DNA of 64,000 bases, from positions 7,159-71,158 of the forward strand of contig SVSL01000002.1 of the NCBI GenBank assembly GCA_015064315.1. Direction: 5' to 3'. This stretch comes from Oscillospiraceae bacterium. Lineage in GTDB: Bacteria > Bacillota > Clostridia > Oscillospirales > CAG-272. Positions 53,169-63,044 of this stretch are shown here, piece after piece. The notes beneath the pieces were generated by a model. The model saw only the letters and a list, made by a program, of their open reading frames with translations. It was not told the DNA's origin and ran no database searches. The translations under genes were made by a program, and so were the position numbers. Each line of letters opens with the position of its first letter. The first letter of the stretch is position 1.

Positions 53169-54068
53169 ATGGCGACTGCAATTCAAGTGCAATCTGTAAT
53201 CTATCATAATGACAAGGAGTCTTTGCTACGCGCATATCAAAGTCTGGCAAACGCCGTTCGCGTCAGCGCAAAAAGAGGGCAGGAGATCAAGCTGGTGGTT
53301 CATTACAGCGACGCATCCAAAGCGCCCGTTTATTCCGAGGACGAGCTTGCGGCACTGCAAGCCGAATTTGGTTCGTATTTTACCTTCCGCTATACCTTCT
53401 TCAATGAAAATACCGGAACCTCTAAGGGTCACAACCGTGTGGGGCTTGGCTGTGATGCGGATTATATTGTGGTAATGAATCCCGATGTAATCGTTTGTCC
53501 CAGATTCTTTGAAAAAATGATGCTTCCGTTCCTTGATTCCGACAAGAATGCGGGAATTACCGAGGCTCGTCAAGTTCCTCTGGAGCATCCCAAGGAGTAC
53601 GACTGTGAAACGTTGGAAACCGAGTGGGCAACCGGTGCCTGCTTTATGATTCCCGCGGCTCTTTATCAAAAGATCGGCGGCTTTGACGAAAAAACCTTCT
53701 TTATGTACTGCGATGACGTGGATATCTCCTGGCGCGTGCGTTTGGAAGGAAAAAAGATCTACTATCGTCCCGACTGTCCCGTCTATCACGCCAAGAGACT
53801 CTCGGCAACTGCCAACTGGGTTCCCACCGAGGCAGAGCTTTACTATTCCAAGGAGGCTGCGCTCTTGATGACCTACAAGTGGTCGGATGAAAAGAGCTTC
53901 CGCAAGATTTACAAGGCTTTCTCCCACGGAGACAAGTATTGTCAGCGTGTCATCGCTCGCTTTGAGGAGATGAAAGAGAAGGGGGAATTGCCCATCCAGC
54001 CGGATCCCTCGGGCAAGATCGCGCGCTTTTTGGACGATAACTATACAGAACACCGATTTGTTCTGTGA
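53169..54068 (+). CDS. Glycosyltransferase family 2
   Basis: The start MATAIQVQS lies after AGGAGA. GT-A features include VVMNPDV and CDDVDISWR (a DxD-like motif). Confidence 0.75.
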   Translation: MATAIQVQSVIYHNDKESLLRAYQSLANAVRVSAKRGQEIKLVVHYSDASKAPVYSEDELAALQAEFGSYFTFRYTFFNENTGTSKGHNRVGLGCDADYIVVMNPDVIVCPRFFEKMMLPFLDSDKNAGITEARQVPLEHPKEYDCETLETEWATGACFMIPAALYQKIGGFDEKTFFMYCDDVDISWRVRLEGKKIYYRPDCPVYHAKRLSATANWVPTEAELYYSKEAALLMTYKWSDEKSFRKIYKAFSHGDKYCQRVIARFEEMKEKGELPIQPDPSGKIARFLDDNYTEHRFVL

Positions 54069-54085
54069 TACGAGGTGAATATCCT

Positions 54086-55561
54086 ATGAATAAGCAAATC
54101 AAATCCTCCAGCGTGAATGAATATTTCAGCTGGATCGAACAGAATATTCCTTCTGATACTCCCTTGTATCAAGCTGCAAAGACTTATTTTGAGGCATCTG
54201 AGGCGGATGACGCAAAAAGAGACCCCAACGCTCCCTTTTTGACCGTGATCACGCGCACGCAGGGAAAGCGCCCCGATATGCTCTGTGACATGCTTCTTTC
54301 TCTTACGGGACAGACCAATACGGATTTCGAGCTTCTGATCATGGGGCACAATCTGACAGATGAGCAAAACGCATCCGTAAATGAGCTGATCTCGGAGCTT
54401 CCGGATTGGATGCGCGAAAAGACGCGTCTTGTTCCCGTAATCGGCGGCACACGATCCACTCCTCTGAACGCGGGATTTGAGGAAGCCAAGGGCGCCTATA
54501 TTGCCGTTCTTGACGATGACGATCTGGTGTTTGACCACTGGGTAGAGACCTTCTATTCGCTCTCCAAGGAGTACAACGGAAGAATTCTGCATTCCTATTC
54601 GGTGATCCAGAACTGGGAAACCGTAGGGAAGCATCTTCCCAACACCCCTCGTGTGGCGGGTGCCCCCGAGAATACCTATTGTTGCGATTTTGATTATCTG
54701 AATCAGTTAGGACTCAACAAATGTCCTTTCTGCGCCTTGGCGTTTCCTGCTTCGGTCTACAAAAAGCTGGGACTGCGCTTTGATGAGACACTGACCACCA
54801 CCGAGGACTGGGATTTTCTCATGCGCGCCTCGTTCCTTACCGGCGTTGCCAACAGCTCCGAGATCACCTTCCTGTATCGAAACTGGCTCAACGCAGAAAA
54901 CTCCAGTAGTCTGCACGGACAGGAAGAATGGAAAAAGAACCGCGATTACGTTGTGAAACGCTTTTCCAAGACGCCCTTCATTATGCCTGTTGGCGGCTTG
55001 AAAAAGCTTTACGATGAAATTTTGGAGGTTGATACCCTCTACAACGAGGATATGGATGATACCGAAATGTTCTACGATAACGGCGAGGGCATCAAGCCCG
55101 AAAATCTGTTGCGCAGAAGGAACTCCGATGATATCCGAAAATTCCCCTTTGTATATGACGTAAAAGAGGGAGACTCCCTCAGGCTTTGCGGTGTCCGCTT
55201 CGATCCTCGTCTCAAGGGCAACTTCTCTATGAAAAATTTGGTGATTCGCGTTCTGGATACCGGGGATCAGATTACCGATTTTGCGCTGAAGGACGTTGTT
55301 ACAAACGGATATATCTTCAAGGAAAAGATTCTGTTTGTTAAGAGCGATCCGCAGATCATTCTGCATTTCCCCGGTCCCATTGACGTAAAAGAGGTCCGCA
55401 TTGGCTGTGTAATGAAGGATGGGCTAACCGATCTCGAGCTGGATGCGGTTCTGTCCGGCAAAGCGCATTGCGGTATATACGGTACTCAAAGGCGGTCGGT
55501 GGCTTACCGTGGTGCGCGCAAGATCTACCGCATCGCCAAACGAATTCTTCCCAAGCACTGA
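54086..55561 (+). CDS. Glycosyltransferase family 2 with an extra C-terminal domain
   Basis: The start MNKQIKSS lies after GAGGTGA. GT-A motifs are LTVITRTQGKRPDML and AVLDDDDLVFDHW. A C-terminal domain of about 200 aa is of unknown function. Confidence 0.75.
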   Translation: MNKQIKSSSVNEYFSWIEQNIPSDTPLYQAAKTYFEASEADDAKRDPNAPFLTVITRTQGKRPDMLCDMLLSLTGQTNTDFELLIMGHNLTDEQNASVNELISELPDWMREKTRLVPVIGGTRSTPLNAGFEEAKGAYIAVLDDDDLVFDHWVETFYSLSKEYNGRILHSYSVIQNWETVGKHLPNTPRVAGAPENTYCCDFDYLNQLGLNKCPFCALAFPASVYKKLGLRFDETLTTTEDWDFLMRASFLTGVANSSEITFLYRNWLNAENSSSLHGQEEWKKNRDYVVKRFSKTPFIMPVGGLKKLYDEILEVDTLYNEDMDDTEMFYDNGEGIKPENLLRRRNSDDIRKFPFVYDVKEGDSLRLCGVRFDPRLKGNFSMKNLVIRVLDTGDQITDFALKDVVTNGYIFKEKILFVKSDPQIILHFPGPIDVKEVRIGCVMKDGLTDLELDAVLSGKAHCGIYGTQRRSVAYRGARKIYRIAKRILPKH

Positions 55562-55575
55562 TCTATAAAAAATGA

Positions 55576-55607
55576 AAAAGGAGTCGCACGGCTCCTTTTC
55601 TTTTTTT
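55576..55607 (+). terminator. Rho-independent terminator
   Basis: Stem aaaaggagtcg/cggctcctttt followed by cTTTTTTT. Confidence 0.8.
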
Positions 55608-55721
55608 GCAAAAAAACACCCACTAAAAGAAAGAAAAACCACTTTACTTTTGGTTTGCTTTATGCTATAATGATGGTATCATAAAAGACTTTAAAGGTCG
55701 AGAAAGGACGGTTGTGGAAGC

Positions 55722-58559
55722 ATGGCTGACGGCGCAATTAGTAAATTAAAACAGGCATTGAACTGTGATCTGACCGATTATCAATCGATCCCTTTTTGGA
55801 GCTGGAATAACGAATTGGATGAGGCTGAGCTGGTAAAACAGATCGAGGACATGAAATCGGTTGGCATCGGTGGCTTCATTATGCATGCCCGTATCGGATT
55901 GAAGATCGAATATCTGGGAGAAAAGTGGTTCTCCTGCATCGAGGCTTGCTTGAAGAAGGCAAGAGAACTGCACATGAACGCTTGGGTGTACGATGAAAAC
56001 GGTTGGCCCAGTGGCTTTGTAGGCGGCAAAATGCTGGAGAACGAGGCATGGCGCGCGCAATTCTTGCGTTACGAGGTTCGTTCAGAGCTTGATCCCGAAG
56101 CCTTCTGCGTTTACAAGGAAACACCTGCGGGATACGTGCGAATTTCCTCGCCCGAGGATTCCGTAAAAGAATATCATTGCGTTTATCTCGGAACCAGCCC
56201 CGCAAACACCGATATTCTCAATCCCGAGGTGGTGGACGAGTTTATCCGTCAGACCCACGAGGAATATTACAAGCGTTTTCCCGAAAGCTTCGGCAGGGAA
56301 CTGGTGGGCTTTTTCACCGACGAGCCCCAGTTTTATCGCTACGAGACTCCCTATACCCGCGCGGCGGTACAGCCTTACTTCGATCTCTATGGCGAAGATA
56401 TTCGCGACGGCCTGATTTATCTGTTCCTTCACGATGAAAGAGGCTATTCCTTCCGTCAACGCTACTACACGCTGCTCAACAAGCTTTATGCAGAGAATTT
56501 CTACAAAAAGCTTTACGATTGGTGCGAGGCACACAACTGCAAGCTGACGGGACACTCGATTTCCGAGGATTCGCTTTGCGGACAGATGCTGGGCGGAGCC
56601 GGCGTTATGAGTACCTACGAATACGAGCATATTCCGGGCATTGACAAGCTTGGGAGAGATTATACCAGAGATCTGGCGCCCAAGCAGATCGGTAGCGTGG
56701 CAAGTCAGCTGGGCTTCAAGCAGGTTCTGACCGAGACCTTTGCCTGCTGTGGCTACGACGTGACCCCCAAGGAGCTGAAGAGCGTTGCGGAATGCCAATA
56801 TTTTAACGGCGTTAATCTGATGTGTCAGCATCTGTTCCCCTATTCCTTGGCTTCTCAAGGCAAAACCGACCATCCCCCTGTATTCTCCAAGCACGGAAAC
56901 TGGTGGGAGGGCTTTAAGACCTTCAACGATTATTTCACACGACTCGGCTTTCTGATCGCAAACACCGAGGAGGTGTATGACGTTCTCGTCGTGCATCCCT
57001 TGCGCGAGATCTATTTGGAGTATACTCGCGCGGAGGATTCTTTAAGCGTTCGTGACTTTGAGCATGAATTTAAGCACTTTCTCTTGGATTTGAGAAACAA
57101 GGGCATTTGCTATCATCTTGCGGACGAAACGATCATGGCGCGCCACGGAAGAATCGAGGGCGACTCCTTGGTGATCGGCAACTGCAAGTATAACAAAGTC
57201 CTTCTGCCCAATATGCGTTCGATTTCTGCGGATACGTATAAATTGCTGAAGGAGTTCAGCGGACAGCTTTACATGGCGGGCTCTCCCACCATGATCGATG
57301 GAGTCAATGCCGAGATTGATCTGGCTTCCAATATCACCATGGAGGAGATCTGTGCCGAGACTCACGTAAAATTCTCCTGCGAGGACGAGCTTTCGGGCAT
57401 TACCGCCAGAAGGAGCGAGCTTGGCGACTATCTGTTCATCAAGAATTATTCCCGCAATTTGGATTCCCACGTTCACATGGAGGGAGTAGCCGAGCATTAT
57501 CGTGCTTTGGATCTTGACACCATGACGCTTCACAACATTTCCAATGATATGGTCATTGAAAAATGTGGCGGACTGGTGCTTGTGCGTGATGAAAATGCCA
57601 AGGATGAGACTCCCGTGGAAATCAGAGAGGACATTACAGGGAATTTCAAGGTGACCGACGTTACCGAGAATTATTTTGTGATTGATCAGGCCTCTTTGAG
57701 CTATGACGGCGTAAATTACGGGGAAACGCTTCCCATTCAGCGCCTTTTCGAGGATCTTTTGCGCGCGGATTACCGCGGACCGCTCTATATGAAGCATCGC
57801 TTTGTGCTTGCTGATCTTGTTCCCATGAAAATACTTATGGAAAAGGAAAAATACACCTCCATTACGGTCAACGGACGTTCCGTCTCGCTTTCCGACAGTG
57901 ATTTCGACGTTTTCTTTGTAGAGGGCGATATCAGCGATCTTTTGGTGATCGGTGAGAATGAAATCGTTTACTCCTTGGACTACTATCAGCACAAGGGCGT
58001 TCACTTTGCGCTTTTCGATCCCATGGCAACCGAAAGCCTTCGCAACTGCCTGTACTATGACACCAACGTTGAACAGCTCTATCTCTACGGCGATTTTGTG
58101 GTGGATTCCGATCACGTGATCCGTAAAAGAGAAGGGCTTCCCGCACTTTCCTCGAGCAATTATCAAAACGGCTATCCCTTCTTCAAGGGAAGCGTTACAC
58201 TGGAGGGCAGCTATTTCTATGATGGTGAAAAGAAGTGCGTAATTTCACTGGAAAAAGGCAGATTTCTTATGGCTGAGCTCTTCATCAACGGGAAAAAGAC
58301 CGAGCTTGTTCTTGACAGCAAGAAGGACATCACGCAATACCTGCAAAAGGGAGAAAATGAGATCCGCATCCTGCTCAAATCCAGCTTGCGAAACCTCTTT
58401 GGTCCCTATCACTGGAAGGAAACGCCCGAGCCCGTTCGCCTCTCTCCCAGATACTTCACCTTCCGCGGTACTTGGAACGGCGGTATTGCTCCCGAGTTCA
58501 CCCCCGAATATCAAAGCGTGCCCTTTGGCGTGGATGCCATTGAGATGATCCGTTCTTAA
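55722..58559 (+). CDS. Large glycoside hydrolase-like protein (possibly GH106-type alpha-L-rhamnosidase)
   Basis: The N-terminal block SIPFWSWNNELDEAELVKQIEDMKSVGIGGFIMHAR is typical of a family of large (beta/alpha)8 glycosidases. The rhamnosidase guess rests only on this block and the rhaB neighbour. Confidence 0.55.
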   Translation: MADGAISKLKQALNCDLTDYQSIPFWSWNNELDEAELVKQIEDMKSVGIGGFIMHARIGLKIEYLGEKWFSCIEACLKKARELHMNAWVYDENGWPSGFVGGKMLENEAWRAQFLRYEVRSELDPEAFCVYKETPAGYVRISSPEDSVKEYHCVYLGTSPANTDILNPEVVDEFIRQTHEEYYKRFPESFGRELVGFFTDEPQFYRYETPYTRAAVQPYFDLYGEDIRDGLIYLFLHDERGYSFRQRYYTLLNKLYAENFYKKLYDWCEAHNCKLTGHSISEDSLCGQMLGGAGVMSTYEYEHIPGIDKLGRDYTRDLAPKQIGSVASQLGFKQVLTETFACCGYDVTPKELKSVAECQYFNGVNLMCQHLFPYSLASQGKTDHPPVFSKHGNWWEGFKTFNDYFTRLGFLIANTEEVYDVLVVHPLREIYLEYTRAEDSLSVRDFEHEFKHFLLDLRNKGICYHLADETIMARHGRIEGDSLVIGNCKYNKVLLPNMRSISADTYKLLKEFSGQLYMAGSPTMIDGVNAEIDLASNITMEEICAETHVKFSCEDELSGITARRSELGDYLFIKNYSRNLDSHVHMEGVAEHYRALDLDTMTLHNISNDMVIEKCGGLVLVRDENAKDETPVEIREDITGNFKVTDVTENYFVIDQASLSYDGVNYGETLPIQRLFEDLLRADYRGPLYMKHRFVLADLVPMKILMEKEKYTSITVNGRSVSLSDSDFDVFFVEGDISDLLVIGENEIVYSLDYYQHKGVHFALFDPMATESLRNCLYYDTNVEQLYLYGDFVVDSDHVIRKREGLPALSSSNYQNGYPFFKGSVTLEGSYFYDGEKKCVISLEKGRFLMAELFINGKKTELVLDSKKDITQYLQKGENEIRILLKSSLRNLFGPYHWKETPEPVRLSPRYFTFRGTWNGGIAPEFTPEYQSVPFGVDAIEMIRS

Positions 58560-58700
58560 CGTAAGAAAGCATAAAAACTTTGCGGATTTTTTTCGCAAAC
58601 CGTCGATCTGTTCATAAAATATTCATACATAACAGAGAGGGTTGTGCTATAATAAAGCGTAAGGTTCTTTATAAAATTCAATTTATAAAAGGAGACTGAA

Positions 58701-60173
58701 ATGGCTGACTTGAAAATGCTTGCCATTGACCTTGGAGCTTCCAGCGGTCGCGGCATCGTTGGTAGCTTTGACGGCGAAAAGCTGACGCTTCGCGAGAATC
58801 ACAGATTCTCCAATGATCCCGTCATTACCAATGGCAGAATGTATTGGGACATTTTAAGGATCTTCCATGAAATCAAGCAATCGATTACCAAGACCGTATT
58901 GGATAAGGATAACGTTTCCTCCATTGGTATCGACACGTGGGGCGTTGACTACGCACTTTTGGATCGGTACGGCAGAATGCTGGCAAATCCTACCCATTAC
59001 CGTGACACCAGAACCGAGGGGATTCAAGAGTATGTGAGTTCTATCGTTCCCGCGAAGGAGCTCTATGCAAAATGCGGTATTCAAGCCATTAACTTTAACA
59101 CTGTGTATCAGTTGACGGCGGACAAGAGATACGAGCCCGAGACGTTTGAGCGTGCCGAGCGTATGCTGAATATTCCCGATCTGCTCAATTATTTCCTGAC
59201 CGGCAACATGGCAAACGAGTACACGATTCTTTCCACCGGTAGCTTTTTGGATGCCGCAAAGCGCGATTATGCCTTTGATTTGCTGGACAAGCTGGGAATT
59301 CCTCGCAAGCTCTTCGGAGAGATCGTTCAGCCCGGATATACCGTTGGAAAGCTTCTGCCTCAGGTGCTGAGCGAAACGGGCAAGACCGACGCAAACGTCA
59401 TCACCGTGGCTTCCCACGATACCGCCAGCGCGGTAATCGCCGTTCCTACCCAAGAGGAGGACTTTATTTACATCAGTAGCGGAACCTGGTCTCTTATGGG
59501 CACCGAGCTCAAGGCGCCTTTGATCAACGAGCAGTCTCAGCTGCTGAACCTCACAAACGAGGGCGGCGCCATGGGAACCATCCGTTTTCTGAAGAATATT
59601 ATGGGACTTTGGCTGATTCAGGAGTCCCGCAGACAGTGGAAACGCGAGGGCAACGAATATAGCTTTGCGCAAATGGAAGCTTGGGCAAAGGAATGCAAGC
59701 CCATGCAATGCTTCATCAATCCCGATGATGCATCCTTCTCCACGCCCGGCAATATGCCCGAGAAGATTCGCGAATTCTGCCGTCGCACCGGTCAGCACGT
59801 TCCCGAAAGTGTTGGGGAAGTGGTAAGATGTATTTACGAAAGCCTTGCGCTGAAGTACCGTCAGACCGCAGAATCCATTGAGGGGCTCATGGGCAGAAAA
59901 GCCAAGGTCATCCACGTGGTTGGCGGAGGAACCAAGGACAGATTCCTGAGCCAAATGACCGCCGATGCTTGCGGAATTCCCGTAGCGGCAGGTCCTGAGG
60001 AGGCAACGGCTATCGGCAACCTGATGATGCAAGCCATCGCCGCAGGCGAAGTGGCAGATCTGAAGCAGGCAAGACAGATCGTTGCAAGCTCTTTTGAACT
60101 GAAGCACTATACGCCTTCTGCCGACAGATCCCTTTGGGATGAGGCATACGGTCGTTTTTGCGCAATAAACTAA
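58701..60173 (+). CDS. rhaB: Rhamnulokinase (FGGY family)
   Basis: LAIDLGASSGRGIVG N-terminus, GIDTWGVDYALLD, and the overall FGGY pattern typical of RhaB. Confidence 0.85.
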   Translation: MADLKMLAIDLGASSGRGIVGSFDGEKLTLRENHRFSNDPVITNGRMYWDILRIFHEIKQSITKTVLDKDNVSSIGIDTWGVDYALLDRYGRMLANPTHYRDTRTEGIQEYVSSIVPAKELYAKCGIQAINFNTVYQLTADKRYEPETFERAERMLNIPDLLNYFLTGNMANEYTILSTGSFLDAAKRDYAFDLLDKLGIPRKLFGEIVQPGYTVGKLLPQVLSETGKTDANVITVASHDTASAVIAVPTQEEDFIYISSGTWSLMGTELKAPLINEQSQLLNLTNEGGAMGTIRFLKNIMGLWLIQESRRQWKREGNEYSFAQMEAWAKECKPMQCFINPDDASFSTPGNMPEKIREFCRRTGQHVPESVGEVVRCIYESLALKYRQTAESIEGLMGRKAKVIHVVGGGTKDRFLSQMTADACGIPVAAGPEEATAIGNLMMQAIAAGEVADLKQARQIVASSFELKHYTPSADRSLWDEAYGRFCAIN

Positions 60174-60262
60174 CTGACGAAAATGCACCTGTCAGGTTGG
60201 TGAGCGCAAAGACGTTCACCGATAATTAGGGACAACAAAGTAAAAAATTTTGGAGGCTTATT

Positions 60263-61411
60263 ATGAAGGACAATCACTACGGAGAGCTTGGCGTTATTGG
60301 CATGAAGGGATGCGATCAGTTCGCGTCTCAGGTAGACTACTACCTCAAGGATTGGAGACGTAAGGGTGGCGAGCGCAACACCTTTATCATCGATGCGGAG
60401 TGCCCCAGATTCGGCTCCGGCGAAGGCAAGGGTATCATTCACGAGTCCATGCGCGGCAAGGACGTTTACATCATCTGCGATCCCTTTAACTACGGCGTTA
60501 CCTATCCTATGTACGGTATGACCGTTCCCATGAGTCCCGATGATCACTATGCCGATCTGAAGCGCATTATCGCTGCAATCGGCGGCAAGGCAAGAAGAAT
60601 TACCGTTATTATGCCTATGCTCTATGAGGGCAGACAGCATAAGAGATCCGGCCGTGAGTCTCTTGACTGCGCACTGATGCTGCAGGAGCTTGCCGGCATG
60701 GGTGTTTCCAACATTTTAACCTTTGACGCGCATGATTCCCGTATCTGCAACGCCATTCCGCTTTCGGGCTTTGATAACGTTCAGCCCACCTACCAGATGA
60801 TCAAGGCATTGGTTCGCGCGGTTCCCGACGTTGTGATCGACAAGGATCATATGGCAATCATTTCTCCCGACGAGGGTGCAATGTCCCGTTGCATGTACTA
60901 TAGCTCGGTGCTGGGTCTTGACATCGGTATGTTCTATAAGCGCAGAAATTACTCCATTGTCATCAACGGACGCAATCCCATCGAGGCACACGAGTATCTG
61001 GGTCAGGATCTCCACGGCAAGGATGCCATTGTGGTTGATGATATGATCGCCTCCGGCGAATCCATGATCGACGTTTGTAAGCAGCTCAAGGAGAGAGGCG
61101 CAAGCCGTGTGTTCTGCTTTGCAACCTTTGGACTGTTTACCGAGGGCTGTGACAAGTTCGACGCCGCATTCAAGGCAGGCGTATTTGACCGTGTGCTTTC
61201 CACCAATCTGGTTTACCGTCGTCCCGAGCTGGCAGAGAAGCCTTGGTTTGTTGAGGTCAATATGTGCAAGTACGTTGCATATCTGATTGATACGCTCAAC
61301 AATGATGAGACCATCAGCACTCTGCTCAATCCTGTAAAGCGCATTCAAACGCTTATGGAAAAGCACCGCAAGGATCTTTCCACGCAAATGAAGATCGAGT
61401 TTGAAAATTGA
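60263..61411 (+). CDS. prs: Ribose-phosphate pyrophosphokinase family protein (long form)
   Basis: PRPP-binding loop AIVVDDMIASGESM and the flexible-loop region YEGRQHKR. At 382 aa it carries insertions relative to the classical enzyme of about 315 aa. Confidence 0.75.
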   Translation: MKDNHYGELGVIGMKGCDQFASQVDYYLKDWRRKGGERNTFIIDAECPRFGSGEGKGIIHESMRGKDVYIICDPFNYGVTYPMYGMTVPMSPDDHYADLKRIIAAIGGKARRITVIMPMLYEGRQHKRSGRESLDCALMLQELAGMGVSNILTFDAHDSRICNAIPLSGFDNVQPTYQMIKALVRAVPDVVIDKDHMAIISPDEGAMSRCMYYSSVLGLDIGMFYKRRNYSIVINGRNPIEAHEYLGQDLHGKDAIVVDDMIASGESMIDVCKQLKERGASRVFCFATFGLFTEGCDKFDAAFKAGVFDRVLSTNLVYRRPELAEKPWFVEVNMCKYVAYLIDTLNNDETISTLLNPVKRIQTLMEKHRKDLSTQMKIEFEN

Positions 61412-61420
61412 TCAATCACA

Positions 61421-61455
61421 AAAGACCGCTTTTTTCCCCAAAAGCGGTCTTTTCT
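61421..61455 (+). terminator. Rho-independent terminator after prs
   Basis: Stem aaaagaccgctttt/aaaagcggtctttt. Confidence 0.8.
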
Positions 61456-61550
61456 CTTTGAAAAAACGAAAAAATTAAAGATAAATATTGCTTTTTTGAA
61501 AAAAGTATGATAAAATAATAGTGTATGTAATTTTCTTTTTTGAAAGGAGA

Positions 61551-63044
61551 ATGATCTTGCAGCCTGTAAGCAACATGCCCTCCAAGAGCCGAAAGTATTG
61601 GCTGATCAGCTTGGATAAGGTATTGGATTTTGTTTTGAATTTTTCCATTGCATATGGTTTCTATTTCTTCTATAAAACGGTTTATCCCGGCATCAGCCAC
61701 GTAAAATCTTTATTTGTAATTGGACTGTTGTGCTTTGTAGCCACCTTTCTTTACAACTACTACAACGTGTATTCTCCCATGCGCACCAAAACGCCTCTGT
61801 TTTTTGTAGCGCGCATCTTTCTTGTGCATTGTGAGCTTTTTGCCGTGACGTTGATGGGGCTTTATCTGATCGTTCCCGAAGAAAACCTGGGTTGGTATAC
61901 CTCGTGGTTGCTGTCGGCTATGTTTTTCAGTACGTTGATCATCACCGCCAAGAAGATCTTTATGATCACGGTTTTATATACGCTCCGCGTGAATAAGAAG
62001 AGCATCAAGCACATTTTGTTGGTGACCGACAGCCAGGAAATGGCTGACACTTATATGGAGGAGATCCTCAACAACCCGCATTTCGGCTATTCTGTGATAG
62101 GCTACGTTGGAAATTTGAACGTTATTGGTCTTCCTCATCTGGGAACGACCGGAAATCTGGATCGCATTTTGAAGGAATACCATCCCGACGAGGTTGTGAT
62201 GGCATTCGATAACGTGCGTAAAAAGGTTGTTACAAAATATATCAACATTTGCAACAACAACTGCGCCAAGGTGTTGTTTGTTCCCTCGATCTGCGGATAC
62301 TTTAAATCCCCCAGACAGGTAAACGTGGTGGGAACCCTTCCTTTGATCGATATCAGAAGCACCCCCTTGGACAATTTTGGCAATCAGCTTTGCAAGCGAA
62401 TTTTGGATATCGTTGGATCTCTGATTCTGATTGTTCTGACGTCTCCTTTGATGCTGTTTACCGCTATTGGTGTAAAGCTTTCCTCGCCGGGGCCCATTTT
62501 GTTCCGTCAGATTCGCGTAGGAAGAAACAACAAGGAATTTACCATGTATAAATTCCGTTCTATGCGCGTCAATGATTCCGAGCAAACCGGATGGTCTACC
62601 GAGAATGACCCGAGAAAGACTCGCTTTGGAGCATTCATCCGCAAATGTGCGTTGGATGAGCTTCCGCAGTTCTTCAACGTGCTCAAGGGGGACATGAGCT
62701 TGGTAGGACCGCGCCCCGAGGTGCCTTTCTACGTGGAAAAGTTCAAAAAAGAGATTCCCTTGTATATGTTAAAGCATACGTTGCGTCCCGGTATTACCGG
62801 TCTTGCCCAAATCAAGGGCTTGCGCGGAGATACCTCGATTCAAGCGCGTATCAACGAGGATATCAACTATATTGAAAACTGGACGCTGCTTGGCGATATC
62901 CGTATTCTTCTTCTGACGCCTCTCCATGCCATCAACCGACATGAGAAGTACGCCAAGAGAGACAAGCTGGAGGAGCAGAAGAGCGCGACCAGAGCAAATT
63001 GGAAGCCTTCTGTCGAGGTTTTTGAAAATGATGAAGAAGAATAA
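61551..63044 (+). CDS. Polyprenyl-phosphate hexose-1-phosphate transferase (bacterial sugar transferase, WcaJ/EpsL-like priming enzyme)
   Basis: TM segments lead to a C-terminal catalytic domain with ILDIVGSLILIVLTSPLML, FRQIRVG, YKFRSM and DELPQFFNVLKGDMSLVGPRPE. The start is uncertain (ATG 61551, TTG 61557 or ATG 61575). Confidence 0.9.
   Translation: MILQPVSNMPSKSRKYWLISLDKVLDFVLNFSIAYGFYFFYKTVYPGISHVKSLFVIGLLCFVATFLYNYYNVYSPMRTKTPLFFVARIFLVHCELFAVTLMGLYLIVPEENLGWYTSWLLSAMFFSTLIITAKKIFMITVLYTLRVNKKSIKHILLVTDSQEMADTYMEEILNNPHFGYSVIGYVGNLNVIGLPHLGTTGNLDRILKEYHPDEVVMAFDNVRKKVVTKYINICNNNCAKVLFVPSICGYFKSPRQVNVVGTLPLIDIRSTPLDNFGNQLCKRILDIVGSLILIVLTSPLMLFTAIGVKLSSPGPILFRQIRVGRNNKEFTMYKFRSMRVNDSEQTGWSTENDPRKTRFGAFIRKCALDELPQFFNVLKGDMSLVGPRPEVPFYVEKFKKEIPLYMLKHTLRPGITGLAQIKGLRGDTSIQARINEDINYIENWTLLGDIRILLLTPLHAINRHEKYAKRDKLEEQKSATRANWKPSVEVFENDEEE

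Noticed and set aside
60174-60262. Possible riboswitch upstream of prs (hairpin ggtga-gcgcaaagacg-ttcacc)
   Set aside because: The 5' region is under 90 nt and holds a single small hairpin. No conserved riboswitch core motif could be recognised.
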